Shown: positions 20,297 through 31,150 of the stretch, piece after piece
Layout: each line of letters starts with the position of its first letter
Numbering within the stretch: the stretch's first letter is position 1
Source: a virus
Taxonomy: Duplodnaviria; Caudoviricetes
Length of the DNA stretch: 64,000 nucleotides
IMG/VR virus record: IMGVR_UViG_3300048598_000287
Span: 1 to 64,000 of that record
Direction: 5' to 3' (one strand)
The notes under the pieces: model-generated
What the model was told of the DNA's origin: nothing
What the model saw: the letters and a program-made list of their open reading frames with translations, nothing else
Databases searched by the model: none
Program-made: the position numbers and the translations under genes

Positions 20297-21664
20297 ATGA
20301 ATGAAAAATATATCCGGCATATGACATTAGGTAATGGAACAGAATATTGGTACGATGCTAATGGGAATAAGTGTCAGACCAAGTTTTCCGATGGATCCGA
20401 ATTGTGGTATGATTCCAATGGAAAACTGATTCATAAGAAATTTACCGATAAATCCGAAGAATGGTATGATACCAATGGGAAATGCGTTCATTATAAGGAT
20501 TCCGATGGAGACGAAGATTGGTACGATACCAATGGGAAACTTATTCATAAGAAGCATTCTGATGGAATGGAAGAATGGTACAATACCAATGGAAAATGCA
20601 TTCATTATAAGGATTCCGATGGAGACGAAGATTGGTTCGATACCAATGTCCGCCTGATTCATTCAAAGTTGTCCGACGGATCCGAATATTGGTTTGAATA
20701 TGATTCCAATGGAAACCTGAGTCATAAAAAGACTTTCGATGGATCAGAAGAATGGTATGCTACCGATGGGCACCGCATTCATGCAAAGGCTTCCGACGGA
20801 TACGAAACATGGTATGAGTATGATGCCAATGGAAACATGGTTCATGTGAAAGATTCCGACGGATCCGAACAGTGGTACAATATCAATGGTAAAAAGGTTT
20901 ATGAGAAGGATGATGTAGAATCCGAATTCTGGTACGATTCCGATGAGCATCTTATTCACGCAAAGTATTCAACTGGGTTAGAACAGTGGTACGATGCCAA
21001 TGGAAAATGCATTCATTATAAGGATTCCGATGGAGACGAAGATTGGTTCGATACCAATGGGAATAAGATCCATGAGAAGGCTTCCGACGGATACGAACGA
21101 TGGTATGAATATGATGCCAATGGTAAGGTGATTCACACCAAATTTTCCGATGGAGAGGAATGGTGGTACTATGTAGATGGAAAACTTATTCATACGAAGT
21201 ATTCCGACGGATCCGAATACTGGTGTGATGCCGATGGGCACAAGATTCATTATAAGAATTCCGATGGATACGAATATTGGTACGATGCCAATAGGAAACT
21301 TATTCATAAGAAGCATTCTGATGGAATGGAAGAATGGTACGATGCCAATGGGAAACTGATTTATAAGAAATTTGCGGATAAATCCAAAGAATGGTATGAT
21401 GCCAATGGAAAACTGATTCATGAGAAGGCTTCCGACGGATGCAACAAATGGTACGATGCCAATGGGAAACTGATTCATAAGAAATTTGCGGATAAATCCA
21501 AAGAATGGTATGATGCCAATGGGAAATGCGTTCATGTGAAGGATTCCAACGGAGCTGATCACTGGTGGGATTACGATTCCCATGGAAAACGCATTCATTC
21601 TAAGTCTTCAGACGGATCAGAACATTGGTACGATACCAATGGGAATATTATTCATGCTAAATAG
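20297..21664 (+). CDS. YD-like repeat protein (in-frame repeats continue past TAG to ~21898)
   Basis: Repeats. Confidence 0.85.
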   Translation: MNEKYIRHMTLGNGTEYWYDANGNKCQTKFSDGSELWYDSNGKLIHKKFTDKSEEWYDTNGKCVHYKDSDGDEDWYDTNGKLIHKKHSDGMEEWYNTNGKCIHYKDSDGDEDWFDTNVRLIHSKLSDGSEYWFEYDSNGNLSHKKTFDGSEEWYATDGHRIHAKASDGYETWYEYDANGNMVHVKDSDGSEQWYNINGKKVYEKDDVESEFWYDSDEHLIHAKYSTGLEQWYDANGKCIHYKDSDGDEDWFDTNGNKIHEKASDGYERWYEYDANGKVIHTKFSDGEEWWYYVDGKLIHTKYSDGSEYWCDADGHKIHYKNSDGYEYWYDANRKLIHKKHSDGMEEWYDANGKLIYKKFADKSKEWYDANGKLIHEKASDGCNKWYDANGKLIHKKFADKSKEWYDANGKCVHVKDSNGADHWWDYDSHGKRIHSKSSDGSEHWYDTNGNIIHAK

Positions 21665-21899
21665 TTCAATGGAGTTGAATGCTGGTATGATACCAATGGA
21701 AAACTGATTCATAAGAAACTTACCGACGGATCCGAAGAATGGTATAATACCAATTGCCAACTTATTCAGGAAAAGACTTCTGCCGGAGTAGAATACTGGT
21801 ATGAATATGATGCCAATGGGAATAACAATCTTATTCATGCGAAATATCCCGACGGATCCGAAACTATTGGACATATGATGAAAATGGCAAGGAAGTGAA

Positions 21900-22787
21900 A
21901 TGAAACATCTTAGCAAAAAACGTACGCAGTCAACTGCCATCAGTAAAGTGCACCTGATCAAAGGCATCGCATACAAGAATGGCAAAAAATATTCCGCATG
22001 GCGGCATACTGAATATGATGCCAATGGGAACATACTTCACGAGAAGGATGTCGATGGATCCGAAATGTGGCACGAATACGATGCCAATGGGAATATGATA
22101 CATGAGAAAGATTCCGACGGATTCGAACGGTGGTATGATGATAAAGGAAAGCTGATCCGTTCGACTGACATAGAGCAGTCAGAAACCTCGTATGAATACG
22201 ATGCCAATGGGAACCGAATTCGTGAAACGTCATCTGGCTTCCACCGGTGGTATGAATATGATGCCGATGGCCACCTCATTCACGAGAAGGATTCCTTCGG
22301 ACGGGAAACTTTCTGTGAATATGATGCCAATGGGAACCTGACCAACGCAAAGGATTCCGACGGATCCGAATACTGGTATGACTATGATGAAAAGGGCAAT
22401 ATGATTCATATGAAATCTTCACTCGGATTAGAATATTGGTATGAATATGATGCCGATGGGAATAACAATCTTATTCATGCGAAATATCCCGACGGATCCG
22501 AGTGGCTTAAAGAATATGATGCCAATGGAAACATGACGCATTCAAAATGTTCCGATGGCGACGAATGTTGGTGGGAATATGATGCCAATGGGAACATGAT
22601 TCATGCAAAAATAGGAAACGCATACGAATATTACTGCGAATACGATTCCCATGGTAATATGATTATTGACAAGTCACCCGGGCGCACAATATGCTATGAA
22701 TACATATACAAAAAGATTAAAGGCAAATATCTGATCGAATGGATGCTCGCCAATCCTATGATCAATACCAATGAGGTGGTGAAATGA
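21900..22787 (+). CDS. YD-like repeat protein, capped subfamily
   Basis: Caps and repeats. Confidence 0.85.
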   Translation: MKHLSKKRTQSTAISKVHLIKGIAYKNGKKYSAWRHTEYDANGNILHEKDVDGSEMWHEYDANGNMIHEKDSDGFERWYDDKGKLIRSTDIEQSETSYEYDANGNRIRETSSGFHRWYEYDADGHLIHEKDSFGRETFCEYDANGNLTNAKDSDGSEYWYDYDEKGNMIHMKSSLGLEYWYEYDADGNNNLIHAKYPDGSEWLKEYDANGNMTHSKCSDGDECWWEYDANGNMIHAKIGNAYEYYCEYDSHGNMIIDKSPGRTICYEYIYKKIKGKYLIEWMLANPMINTNEVVK

Positions 22788-23014
22788 AAACCACAATCAA
22801 CGCAACAAAGATGGCATCCAGCAGTGAAGTGCGCATCGCCAAAGGAAAAGCATGCAAGGACGGAGAGAAGTATAATTAATTGGAGCATTATGAATATGAT
22901 GCCAATGGGAACCAGATCCATAATCATAATTCCGATGGCAAGGAATGGCGGATTAAATACACATACACAAATGTGAATGGGAAATCACTTATCGAATGGA
23001 AACTTTCCAACTAA
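22784..23014 (+). pseudogene. Minimal capped YD-like gene, disrupted
   Basis: EVRIAKGKACKDGEKY then stop/frameshift, one repeat, then YTNVNGKSLIEW. Confidence 0.7.
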
Positions 23015-23081
23015 TCCACAGTATCTAAACCGTTAATAATGATGAGTTAATTATCTATATTAACTGCAAGGAGATCATATC

Positions 23082-23678
23082 ATGCCGGAAATATCTAGGT
23101 ATAGCGGTAAAAGATGCAAATATCTTATGACTCATTACTATGACGAGTTGTTCAATGCAATGAAAATAGATCCGGATGAATTCGTGCCCGCCCGCATCTC
23201 GACACGCGAATATCTGGAGATCAAGAAATGCGTCGAGAAAAATCTCGGGACAACACTGGCTATCGACGGTATTGACCTCAGACACGGAAGCGAAATCCGC
23301 TTCGACATCCGTGACACTTATCTTTTCGACCTAGCAGGAACGGAATATGACACAGCGAATAAGCAGTATATTAATCATTATGCCGTATCCGGATATGACC
23401 GGATTTGCGAAAAGAAAATAATGACGGCGGGGCATTTCTACATATATATCGAAAAACGTTCTAACAATGAATATATCATGTATCGCATCCATTCCTGCGA
23501 AGAGAGCAAAGCCCGAAAATTCCATAAACGCCGGTGGGATATCCCAGAATGGGACATGTTTCATATCTGTATGAAACCCATGCTCAAACATATATACTTC
23601 ATCATTAGCAAGGTGAAAATGGATTTTAACGATTTCCTCAAGTTCGCCTATGACAGAAAGGATAAGAAACCGTATTGA
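23082..23678 (+). CDS. Hypothetical protein
   Basis: 198-aa ORF with RBS. Confidence 0.7.
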   Translation: MPEISRYSGKRCKYLMTHYYDELFNAMKIDPDEFVPARISTREYLEIKKCVEKNLGTTLAIDGIDLRHGSEIRFDIRDTYLFDLAGTEYDTANKQYINHYAVSGYDRICEKKIMTAGHFYIYIEKRSNNEYIMYRIHSCEESKARKFHKRRWDIPEWDMFHICMKPMLKHIYFIISKVKMDFNDFLKFAYDRKDKKPY

Positions 23679-23749
23679 GAAAAATGTCACATTGGCTTGA
23701 CATTGATGAGTTAATTATCTATATTAACTGCATTAACATGGAGGATCTC

Positions 23750-23902
23750 ATGAAAATACTGCTTACCGTTGCCGCCTTGCTCTTGACCGGATGCACGGTC
23801 ATCATGTCTCCTGATGAAGAGCCGACGGAAGAATGCCATTACACATGCTACTACAACTACTGCACATCCGATGACTATGTGTATGAATGCACGTATCAAT
23901 GA
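23750..23902 (+). CDS. Small putative lipoprotein
   Basis: MKILLTVAALLLTGC lipobox, Cys/Tyr-rich. Confidence 0.6.
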   Translation: MKILLTVAALLLTGCTVIMSPDEEPTEECHYTCYYNYCTSDDYVYECTYQ

Positions 23903-23980
23903 ATGCATGAAAAATGTTGGCGAATTCCATTGCCAAACATCTCGTAATTATCTATATTATCCGCATCAAGGAGACTATAA

Positions 23981-24313
23981 ATGTCAATGACAAAGAAAGA
24001 ACTTGCTGATGTCGAAAATCTCAAGACCAGATTGGCACTCAGACTGTATCCCGAAGTCGAGCCTGATGTCGACATTCCCACTGAATGGGGAGAAGTGAAA
24101 AACGGATGGACGTATAATGAATATGCCGTGAGGGTTTCCAAAGCATGCACATCTCCAACTGGCCACGGTGACGTATGGGGAACAACCTGCTCACAGGGTT
24201 CTATCCGGCTGTATTCCACAGAAAAGAAAGCGTACGAGGCGCTTCTGCATGCCATGAGCGAACGGTTCGCATCGGACCTGCGTAAAGTAGAGAAGACTAT
24301 GGAACGCCTATGA
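23981..24313 (+). CDS. Hypothetical phage protein
   Basis: Promoter and RBS upstream. Confidence 0.7.
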   Translation: MSMTKKELADVENLKTRLALRLYPEVEPDVDIPTEWGEVKNGWTYNEYAVRVSKACTSPTGHGDVWGTTCSQGSIRLYSTEKKAYEALLHAMSERFASDLRKVEKTMERL

Positions 24314-24330
24314 TAAGGCATTGAACATAA

Positions 24331-24404
24331 GGAAGATTAGCCCAATTGGTTAGAGCATCTGTCTTATAAGCAGCTGGTTCCCGGTTCAAGTCCGGGATCT
24401 TCCA
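24331..24404 (+). tRNA. tRNA-Ile (anticodon UAU), CCA not encoded
   Basis: Acceptor GGAAGAT/ATCTTCC, D-arm, anticodon loop CTTATAA, T-arm CCCGG-TTCAAGT-CCGGG, discriminator A. Confidence 0.88.
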
Positions 24405-24463
24405 TTAATTTAAGAATAGATTGAGAATGCATATTTAACTATCCATATCGAGGAGTTAATGAT

Positions 24464-25195
24464 ATGAAACCGAGTGTGAAAAGGATCAAGAAGCCGGCCA
24501 TTGATACGGTGCGCATCGTCAAGGGAACGGCATTCAATGACCATAAGAGATATTCATTTTGGGAACATTATGAGTATGACGCCGATGGGAACATGATTCA
24601 TTCCAAAAATTCCTATGGATGCGAAGCGTGGAACGAATACGATGCCGGTGGCAACATTATTCACGCGAAGTCTTCAGTGGGTTATGACTATTGGTATGAA
24701 TACGATGCAAACGGAAACAAGATACATGATAAGTATTCCGAAGGCCTAGAAAACTGGTTTACCTACGATGGCAAAGGCAAACTGACGCATTCAAAATGCT
24801 CCGACGGATCCGAATATTGGACTGACTATGATGAAAAGGGCAATAAGATCCATGAGAAGGATTCCACCGGATATGAACATTGGAACGAATACGATGCCAA
24901 TGGAAATCTGATACATGAGGATTCTTCCAACGGATATGAATATTGGTACGAATACGATGCCCATGGTAACCGGATTCATGAGAAATGGCCCTTTGATGAA
25001 AGTTGGATTGATTACGATACCGACGGGAACATGATTCATAAGAAATTCTCCGATGGATCCGAATATTGGTATGAATACGATTCCCATGGAAATATGATTC
25101 ATTATAAGAATTCCGAGGGCGAGAAAGAGTGGACGAAATACATATATGTAAAGGTGAATGGAAAGGACCTGGTCGAATGGGAACTTTCCGCATAA
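24464..25195 (+). CDS. YD-like repeat protein, capped subfamily
   Basis: Caps and repeats. Confidence 0.85.
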   Translation: MKPSVKRIKKPAIDTVRIVKGTAFNDHKRYSFWEHYEYDADGNMIHSKNSYGCEAWNEYDAGGNIIHAKSSVGYDYWYEYDANGNKIHDKYSEGLENWFTYDGKGKLTHSKCSDGSEYWTDYDEKGNKIHEKDSTGYEHWNEYDANGNLIHEDSSNGYEYWYEYDAHGNRIHEKWPFDESWIDYDTDGNMIHKKFSDGSEYWYEYDSHGNMIHYKNSEGEKEWTKYIYVKVNGKDLVEWELSA

Positions 25196-25231
25196 GTCAG
25201 GGGAACTCCTTTCTCTCATATAGGAACTGAT

Positions 25232-25903
25232 ATGAACAACAATGTGAACCAGATCAATAAGCCATCAGAAAACACCGTGTGCATCATAGGCGGAATTGCC
25301 CACAATGGAACCAAAACATATCCCAGATGGGAACATTATGAATACGATGCCGATGGTAACCGTATTCATACAAAGGAGTCCGACGGATACGAAATGTGGT
25401 ACGAGTACGATGCCAATGGAAAATGCATTCATGATAAAAATTCCAATGGATGCGATTGGTGGTTCGAATATGATTCCAAAGGAAACCAGATTCATATAAA
25501 GGATTCCAATGGAGGTGAACAGTGGTATGAATACGATGCCCATGGAAAACTGGTATACTCCAATTTTTCAGCTGGATACGAATTCTGGTATGACTACGAT
25601 GAACAAGGAAACCAAAGTCATGAAAAGTCATCCGACGGATCAGAAAGATGGTATACCTACGATGCCAATGGAAATCTAATACATGAGAATTATTCCAACG
25701 GATATGAATATTGGTACGAATACGATGAAAAGGGCAATAAGATTCATATGAAATCTTCACTCGGATTAGAATATTGGTATGAATATGATTCCCATGGGAA
25801 TATGATTCATTATAAGAATTACGCGGGCGAGAAAGAGTGGCAGAAATACATATATGTAAAGATTAATGGAGAAGACATGGTAGAATGGCAGCTCACCCCG
25901 TAA
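25232..25903 (+). CDS. YD-like repeat protein, capped subfamily
   Basis: Caps and repeats. Confidence 0.85.
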   Translation: MNNNVNQINKPSENTVCIIGGIAHNGTKTYPRWEHYEYDADGNRIHTKESDGYEMWYEYDANGKCIHDKNSNGCDWWFEYDSKGNQIHIKDSNGGEQWYEYDAHGKLVYSNFSAGYEFWYDYDEQGNQSHEKSSDGSERWYTYDANGNLIHENYSNGYEYWYEYDEKGNKIHMKSSLGLEYWYEYDSHGNMIHYKNYAGEKEWQKYIYVKINGEDMVEWQLTP

Positions 25904-25969
25904 CCCACCACGGTGTTCACTGCGTTAAATAGCAATGTTCTGTACTTCTACAAATAGTATTGGTACATA

Positions 25970-26194
25970 ATGAAACAAAAAGAAAAAGGTTCATGCGCGA
26001 GCATTTATGAAGGATATCATTGCAAAGATTGCGGATGGCCCGTAATTGATGCATGCTGTAACGATAGCTTTACCGAGTATAAGGATGCCTCACAGTGGGA
26101 CTGGTGGATGTACTGCTCCAACAAGGGATGCAAGAATCATGTAGGAAGCGGAGTTTTTCAACTCTGGCCAGACTGGCTAGAAAAGGATAGCTAA
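25970..26194 (+). CDS. Small Cys-rich (Zn-binding?) protein
   Basis: CKDC..CC..CSNKGC. Confidence 0.55.
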   Translation: MKQKEKGSCASIYEGYHCKDCGWPVIDACCNDSFTEYKDASQWDWWMYCSNKGCKNHVGSGVFQLWPDWLEKDS

Positions 26195-26268
26195 AAACCG
26201 ATTCACCTCACATACGCGAAGGATGTCGTTTAACAAGGATACGCAGGAACATCGGCAGGAGAAATAAT

Positions 26269-26670
26269 ATGGGAATGTATACTGAAATAATCTTCGGAGC
26301 CGAACTGAAAAAGTCGATTCCAGAAGATGTCGTGCAGGTGATTCAGAAAATGGTGGACGGTGACGAGCTTGGCGCATCGGCCCCTGATCATCCGTTTTTC
26401 AAATCACAGCGCAACTGGCTTTTGAGATCGGGCGGTAGCTATTATTTCCCGGGAACAGTAGAGCCAAAGTTCTGGAAAGATGAAATAAGTGACCAATGGT
26501 ATCTACACTTCCGAACTAACATAAAGGATTATGATTCCGAAATAGAAAAGTTCCTCGACTGGATTAAGCCATACATAAACAGCGGCGTTGGCACTCGCGA
26601 TTTCTATGCCATCGTTACATATGAAGAAGATGAAGAACCGACAATATACTATCTATCTTCTAATGAATAA
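26269..26670 (+). CDS. Conserved phage hypothetical protein (MGMYTE family)
   Basis: RBS; characteristic start and IKDYDSEIEKFLDWI motif. Confidence 0.75.
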   Translation: MGMYTEIIFGAELKKSIPEDVVQVIQKMVDGDELGASAPDHPFFKSQRNWLLRSGGSYYFPGTVEPKFWKDEISDQWYLHFRTNIKDYDSEIEKFLDWIKPYINSGVGTRDFYAIVTYEEDEEPTIYYLSSNE

Positions 26671-26739
26671 TTATCCATATCCTATTGCAATCCGATGATT
26701 AATTATCTATATTACGGATATCAACAAGGAGTTAATCAA

Positions 26740-27285
26740 ATGAAGAATGTCATAAACAAGATCCGGACTGCAATCGCTCTAATGATCCACGGGGAGATTA
26801 CCCACTACGATGCCAATGGAAAGCTGACCTATACGAAGGATTCCAATGGAACCGAATGGTGGTTCGAGTACTATTCCAATGGGACACTTAAGCATTCTAA
26901 ATCGTCTATCGGTAGAGAATGGGTGTATGATGCCAATGGAAAACTGATCCATACGAAAGATGTCAACGGATATAAACAGTTTTTCGAATATGATGCGAAT
27001 GGACACCTGATTCATGAAACTGATTCATATGGATTCGACATACGGTACGATTATGATGCCCATGGATGCATGATTCATGAAAAGGATGAACGTGGTGAAA
27101 TCTGGTATGAATACGATAGAAATGACCACGTTATTCATAAGATATGTTCGAACGGATTCGAAGAATGGTATGGGACCAATGGGAAACCTATTCATGAGAA
27201 GGATCCTAGCGGATTCGAAGAATGGTATGATCCCAATGGGAACATAATTCATTTGAAATGTTCCAACGGATTGGAATATTGGTGA
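26740..27285 (+). CDS. YD-like repeat protein (MKNVINKIRTAI N-terminus)
   Basis: Repeats. Confidence 0.8.
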   Translation: MKNVINKIRTAIALMIHGEITHYDANGKLTYTKDSNGTEWWFEYYSNGTLKHSKSSIGREWVYDANGKLIHTKDVNGYKQFFEYDANGHLIHETDSYGFDIRYDYDAHGCMIHEKDERGEIWYEYDRNDHVIHKICSNGFEEWYGTNGKPIHEKDPSGFEEWYDPNGNIIHLKCSNGLEYW

Positions 27286-27328
27286 TAAAGAGGGTAACCT
27301 TCAGTGAACCGTATAAGGAGTTAATCAG

Positions 27329-27772
27329 ATGAAGAATATCATCAAAGCCGTCTGGCACATAAGCAAAAAAATCATGCATTGTCTCCATGTGCAATTTGCC
27401 AGAGAAATTAATGAATATGATTCCAATGGAAATTTGATTCATGTGAAAACTGCCCCTGGATATGAATGTTGGTTCGAATATGATGCCAATGGGAACCGGG
27501 TATATTATAAGGATTCATATGGAACCGAAGAGTGGTATGAATATAATGCAAACCGAAAGCTAATACGTTCCACTAATAATCACGAAAAGTCATATTAATA
27601 TGATGCCAATGGGAACACAATTCATTATAGGGATGGATATAATGGATACGAATTGTGGAACGACTATGATTCCGATGGACACATGATTCATTATAAGGAT
27701 TGTGATGGAAATGAACATTGGTGGGATGCCGATGGGAACATTATCGAGCAATCCAATGAGGTAGTCAAATGA
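27329..27772 (+). pseudogene. YD-like repeat gene interrupted by in-frame TAA at 27596-27598
   Basis: Repeats continue in frame after the stop. Confidence 0.65.
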
Positions 27773-28026
27773 AGAATGTCGTCAAAAAGATCCGGAATGC
27801 TATTGCATTAATTATCCACGGACGGGTTGCCGAATATAATGACAAAGGCGTCATTATCCATGCAAAATTTTCCGCCGGAGACGAATGGTGGTATGATCCC
27901 GATGCCAATGAACATTGGTCTGATTCAGATGGAAATGAACATTGGTACGATGCCGATGGAAATGAACATTGGTACGATGCCGATGGAAATGAACATTGGT
28001 ACGATGCCGATGGGAACCTTCAATAA
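27769..28026 (+). CDS. Short YD-like repeat protein with 27-bp tandem repeats
   Basis: NEHWYDADG x3. Confidence 0.75.
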   Translation: MKNVVKKIRNAIALIIHGRVAEYNDKGVIIHAKFSAGDEWWYDPDANEHWSDSDGNEHWYDADGNEHWYDADGNEHWYDADGNLQ

Positions 28027-28197
28027 CCACGCATGAAACTTCCATATATGCCCCCGCCATGGGGGTATTTATTTTTCCTTATCATTCGCCAACTCACTCC
28101 ATCACCCATCTATATCATATATCTTACCGATATATAAAATATCACCTATCCCCCTTGACAATGGATATTTAATTAGCTATATTATCCATATCAACAA

Positions 28198-28833
28198 ATG
28201 AGGTATGATATGAAAACCAAGAAAACCAATCAGGAAATGTTCATCGAAACAATCATCAAGCTCGACAAGAATGCCTGCAAGCACAATTCCGCATACATGG
28301 CGCATGCTGTGCTGCATGCCATCCAGCTCATCCCCCGAGAGCAGATTGCATTGGCTGCCGAATCCAATCCCGGCGAATCCATTCTTCCCGAAGGAGAATT
28401 CTTCGCCGTGTGGACATCCTCGCATCAGATGCTGTTCCTCCCGACCGATAAGCAGTCGTTCAACACTGCTGCCGAAAAGTGCGGCATCCATTTGACAACC
28501 GATATGAAAGGAACCCTCATCTATCCGCTCGGATCCGCCGCAAAGATGGGAACCGATTTCGCCAATTGTGAAGTACCCGTCTTCACATCCGTCGTCCCGC
28601 AGAAATACGCAAAGCAACATAACGTGACCGATCAGACATCCACCGTGCAATCCGTCCCGCTGTTCAGCATGTATACCGAGGAAATGTGGAAGATCATGGC
28701 AAACACATTCTTAAAATCGGCAATCTCTTCGTTCAGCAGCTCTGACTTCTTCTACAACTCGTCCACCGGTGCGGTCATCACCATCCGTACCGCATTCATG
28801 ATGCTCGCCATGCCTATCACGCTTAACTATTAA
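28198..28833 (+). CDS. Hypothetical protein
   Basis: Promoter and RBS upstream. Confidence 0.7.
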   Translation: MRYDMKTKKTNQEMFIETIIKLDKNACKHNSAYMAHAVLHAIQLIPREQIALAAESNPGESILPEGEFFAVWTSSHQMLFLPTDKQSFNTAAEKCGIHLTTDMKGTLIYPLGSAAKMGTDFANCEVPVFTSVVPQKYAKQHNVTDQTSTVQSVPLFSMYTEEMWKIMANTFLKSAISSFSSSDFFYNSSTGAVITIRTAFMMLAMPITLNY

Positions 28834-28996
28834 CCATAAGGATGCGCATTACATTGCGCATCCTTTATTATATATATATTTTTCTCTACCTGATCCATCA
28901 CCCATATTAAAGTCAAGAGTTTTTTTTAATTTCCCCTTCCTTTTCCTAATTTATTTTACTATATTTACCGCATAACCATTAACAACGAGGCATGAC

Positions 28997-29410
28997 ATGG
29001 AGATATTCGGCAGCACGATACAGAATCCGCACAGCACATATACTGAGAATGCCCTGCGATTCGTCGAGCATGAATGCAAACTGAATGAGGTGAACGTCCT
29101 CGTCCATAAGAAATATCTCGGCATATACACTTTCTATGATGCCGATACAGGATTCACCATCATGTCGGCAGATTTCGGATGCGGAAACGATCTCGTCAAG
29201 ATCAATTCCCGCATCATCATCGACACAACAACCGGTTCCGTCTATGAAGATCAGAGCGCATCGGCAAAGATCAAATGGCTCTTCTATTCCCCCGGAACAA
29301 ACGATGAGCATAACGAATCCGCCTTCAAGCAGTTCGAACTGGATATGCAAACCATCATCAGGGCCATCTACATCATCCACGCACTCCAACCCGTATGCAA
29401 AATTAAATAA
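28997..29410 (+). CDS. Hypothetical protein
   Basis: RBS GAGG. Confidence 0.65.
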   Translation: MEIFGSTIQNPHSTYTENALRFVEHECKLNEVNVLVHKKYLGIYTFYDADTGFTIMSADFGCGNDLVKINSRIIIDTTTGSVYEDQSASAKIKWLFYSPGTNDEHNESAFKQFELDMQTIIRAIYIIHALQPVCKIK

Positions 29411-29477
29411 TCTCACCCTTGACATAAACGATTTAATTATCTATATTCTTCACGACACATTAACAAAGGAAATCATC

Positions 29478-30395
29478 ATGGAAACACTCGCATCAGCAAA
29501 GGACATCATCAGCACGGAACGCCTCGCAACCTGGTCCCGCATCGGGACTACTCTCGACACCGCTTCCGTATCCGATGCGCTAAAGATCGCAAACCTCGAC
29601 TTCACGGTATCCAAGGAATCCATCGCAAGCTCGTCCGGCATCATTGACGAAACCCATGCCATGGCGGTGGCGAACGGAAAATCCCTCGGCATCGTAAGCA
29701 AAAAGTACGAACTGGTCCAGAACGGTGACGCATTCAATTTCGTGGACTGCATCTCCGACCAGATCAGGTTCAAGAAGGCCGGAATCACCCATGACGGAAT
29801 GGTGTACCTCATCGGCAAGCTCCCCGAATACAGCATCCTCGGGGACACGTTCGAACCGTACGTCATCTTCCGAAACAGTTTCAACGGCAAGTATCAGCTT
29901 TCCGCCGCGATCACCCCGCTCCGCCTCGTCTGCGAGAACCAGTTCAACTTCGCATTCAAGGAAGCGGACAACACAATCCTCATCCGGCATTCCTCAAAGA
30001 TCACCGACAGGATGGCCGAAGCCTCGCACGTCCTCAAAGGTGTCGCGGCATATATGTCCACCCTCGGGAAAACCGCCGAACACTTCGCCGGAATCACCCT
30101 CACATCCGGGAACATCAACCGCATCGTCGAGAGCCTGTTCCCCATCACCAACTCCGACCGAGAAGGAAGCGTAGCCGCAGTCCGTCAGAAAAAGGAAGAC
30201 TTCTGCCAGATGCTCGACGCTGATGACAATGCCAACCACAAATACACCGCATGGGGAATCATCAACGCATACACCGACTACCTCACCCATAGACGGTCCA
30301 CCAAGGAACGCTTCGACGATTCCCACTTCATGAAAATCACTTTCAACCCCATGAACAACATCGTCGATACAATCTCCAAAGTCCTCGCCGCATAA
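29478..30395 (+). CDS. DUF932-family phage/plasmid protein
   Basis: GIVSKKYELVQN.DAF, NSFNG, TPLRLVCEN, IRHS, TAWGIINAYTDY; start after promoter and RBS. Confidence 0.85.
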   Translation: METLASAKDIISTERLATWSRIGTTLDTASVSDALKIANLDFTVSKESIASSSGIIDETHAMAVANGKSLGIVSKKYELVQNGDAFNFVDCISDQIRFKKAGITHDGMVYLIGKLPEYSILGDTFEPYVIFRNSFNGKYQLSAAITPLRLVCENQFNFAFKEADNTILIRHSSKITDRMAEASHVLKGVAAYMSTLGKTAEHFAGITLTSGNINRIVESLFPITNSDREGSVAAVRQKKEDFCQMLDADDNANHKYTAWGIINAYTDYLTHRRSTKERFDDSHFMKITFNPMNNIVDTISKVLAA

Positions 30396-30556
30396 CTTAT
30401 CTTATCTTATCTTATCTTATCGGAATCCCCCGCCCATTAGGACGGGGATTTCTTTTTTCATCATCTATCCAAACCCGCTCCATCACCCACTTTCAATCGT
30501 CTAAAATTTTTTCCCACACATACCCTTGACATCGCTTATTTAATTATCTATATTAT

Positions 30557-31096
30557 ATGTATCATCAAGGAGATATTATGGAAACCATCAAGATCGAATA
30601 TACCAACACAAGCCCGAAAGTGTTCCCGGGATTCCATGAAACCGAGCTCGGAAAATTCTCCGGAGCAGGTAAGGACATCATCGGAAAGAAGTATGCGGAC
30701 GAGCTGTTCAGCCGTCTTCCGAAAGATGGCGCAATCATCTCGCACAGGTTCAACTGCGTAGAAGAATCCATCGACTACAATTTCTTCACCGACCATATCG
30801 TATCCGATGTAGAACTTGACATGGACGCCCTCCGCAAATACTGCTACACCACCCATAGGAAAGCGTTCCACAAATATCTCGCCGACTGCTGGGTGACGAA
30901 TGCGCAGAAAGGCATTTACACATGGGTCAAAACCGCCGATCTGAAAACATTCATGAAAAACGAACAGTTCGACACCGAATGCACTGCCAGCTATTACCCC
31001 GCCATCATGACCGAATTCTACATCATCACCTCCCTCAATGATGAACTAAATGAAAAATCCATCATCCGCGCGGCAGGCATAGGCAACGCCGATTAA
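30557..31096 (+). CDS. Hypothetical protein
   Basis: Promoter and RBS upstream. Confidence 0.7.
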   Translation: MYHQGDIMETIKIEYTNTSPKVFPGFHETELGKFSGAGKDIIGKKYADELFSRLPKDGAIISHRFNCVEESIDYNFFTDHIVSDVELDMDALRKYCYTTHRKAFHKYLADCWVTNAQKGIYTWVKTADLKTFMKNEQFDTECTASYYPAIMTEFYIITSLNDELNEKSIIRAAGIGNAD

Positions 31097-31150
31097 CCCG
31101 GAAAATATTTTTGACTTTTCATTGATAATCATAATTTAATTATCTATATT

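Noticed and set aside
19703-27598. In-frame stops inside YD genes (TGA 19703, TAG 21662, TAA 27596) suggesting stop-codon reassignment
   Set aside because: All three stop types occur, each one base from the expected codon, and long conserved genes end normally with TAA/TGA. Nonsense decay is the simpler explanation.
8197-28026. YD proteins as Rhs polymorphic toxins
   Set aside because: Too short, with no PxxxxDPxG core end, toxin tips or immunity genes.
9600-28060. Many antisense and alternate-frame ORFs over YD genes (IGIIP.., HESxSHWHR..)
   Set aside because: They are shadow frames of the repetitive coding strand, with no RBS or promoter.
29136-29477. N-terminal extension of the DUF932 ORF
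   Set aside because: Overlaps ORF 28997-29410; a promoter and RBS precede ATG29478.
30396-30420. (CTTAT)5 microsatellite
   Set aside because: Intergenic just before a terminator, with no evidence of function.
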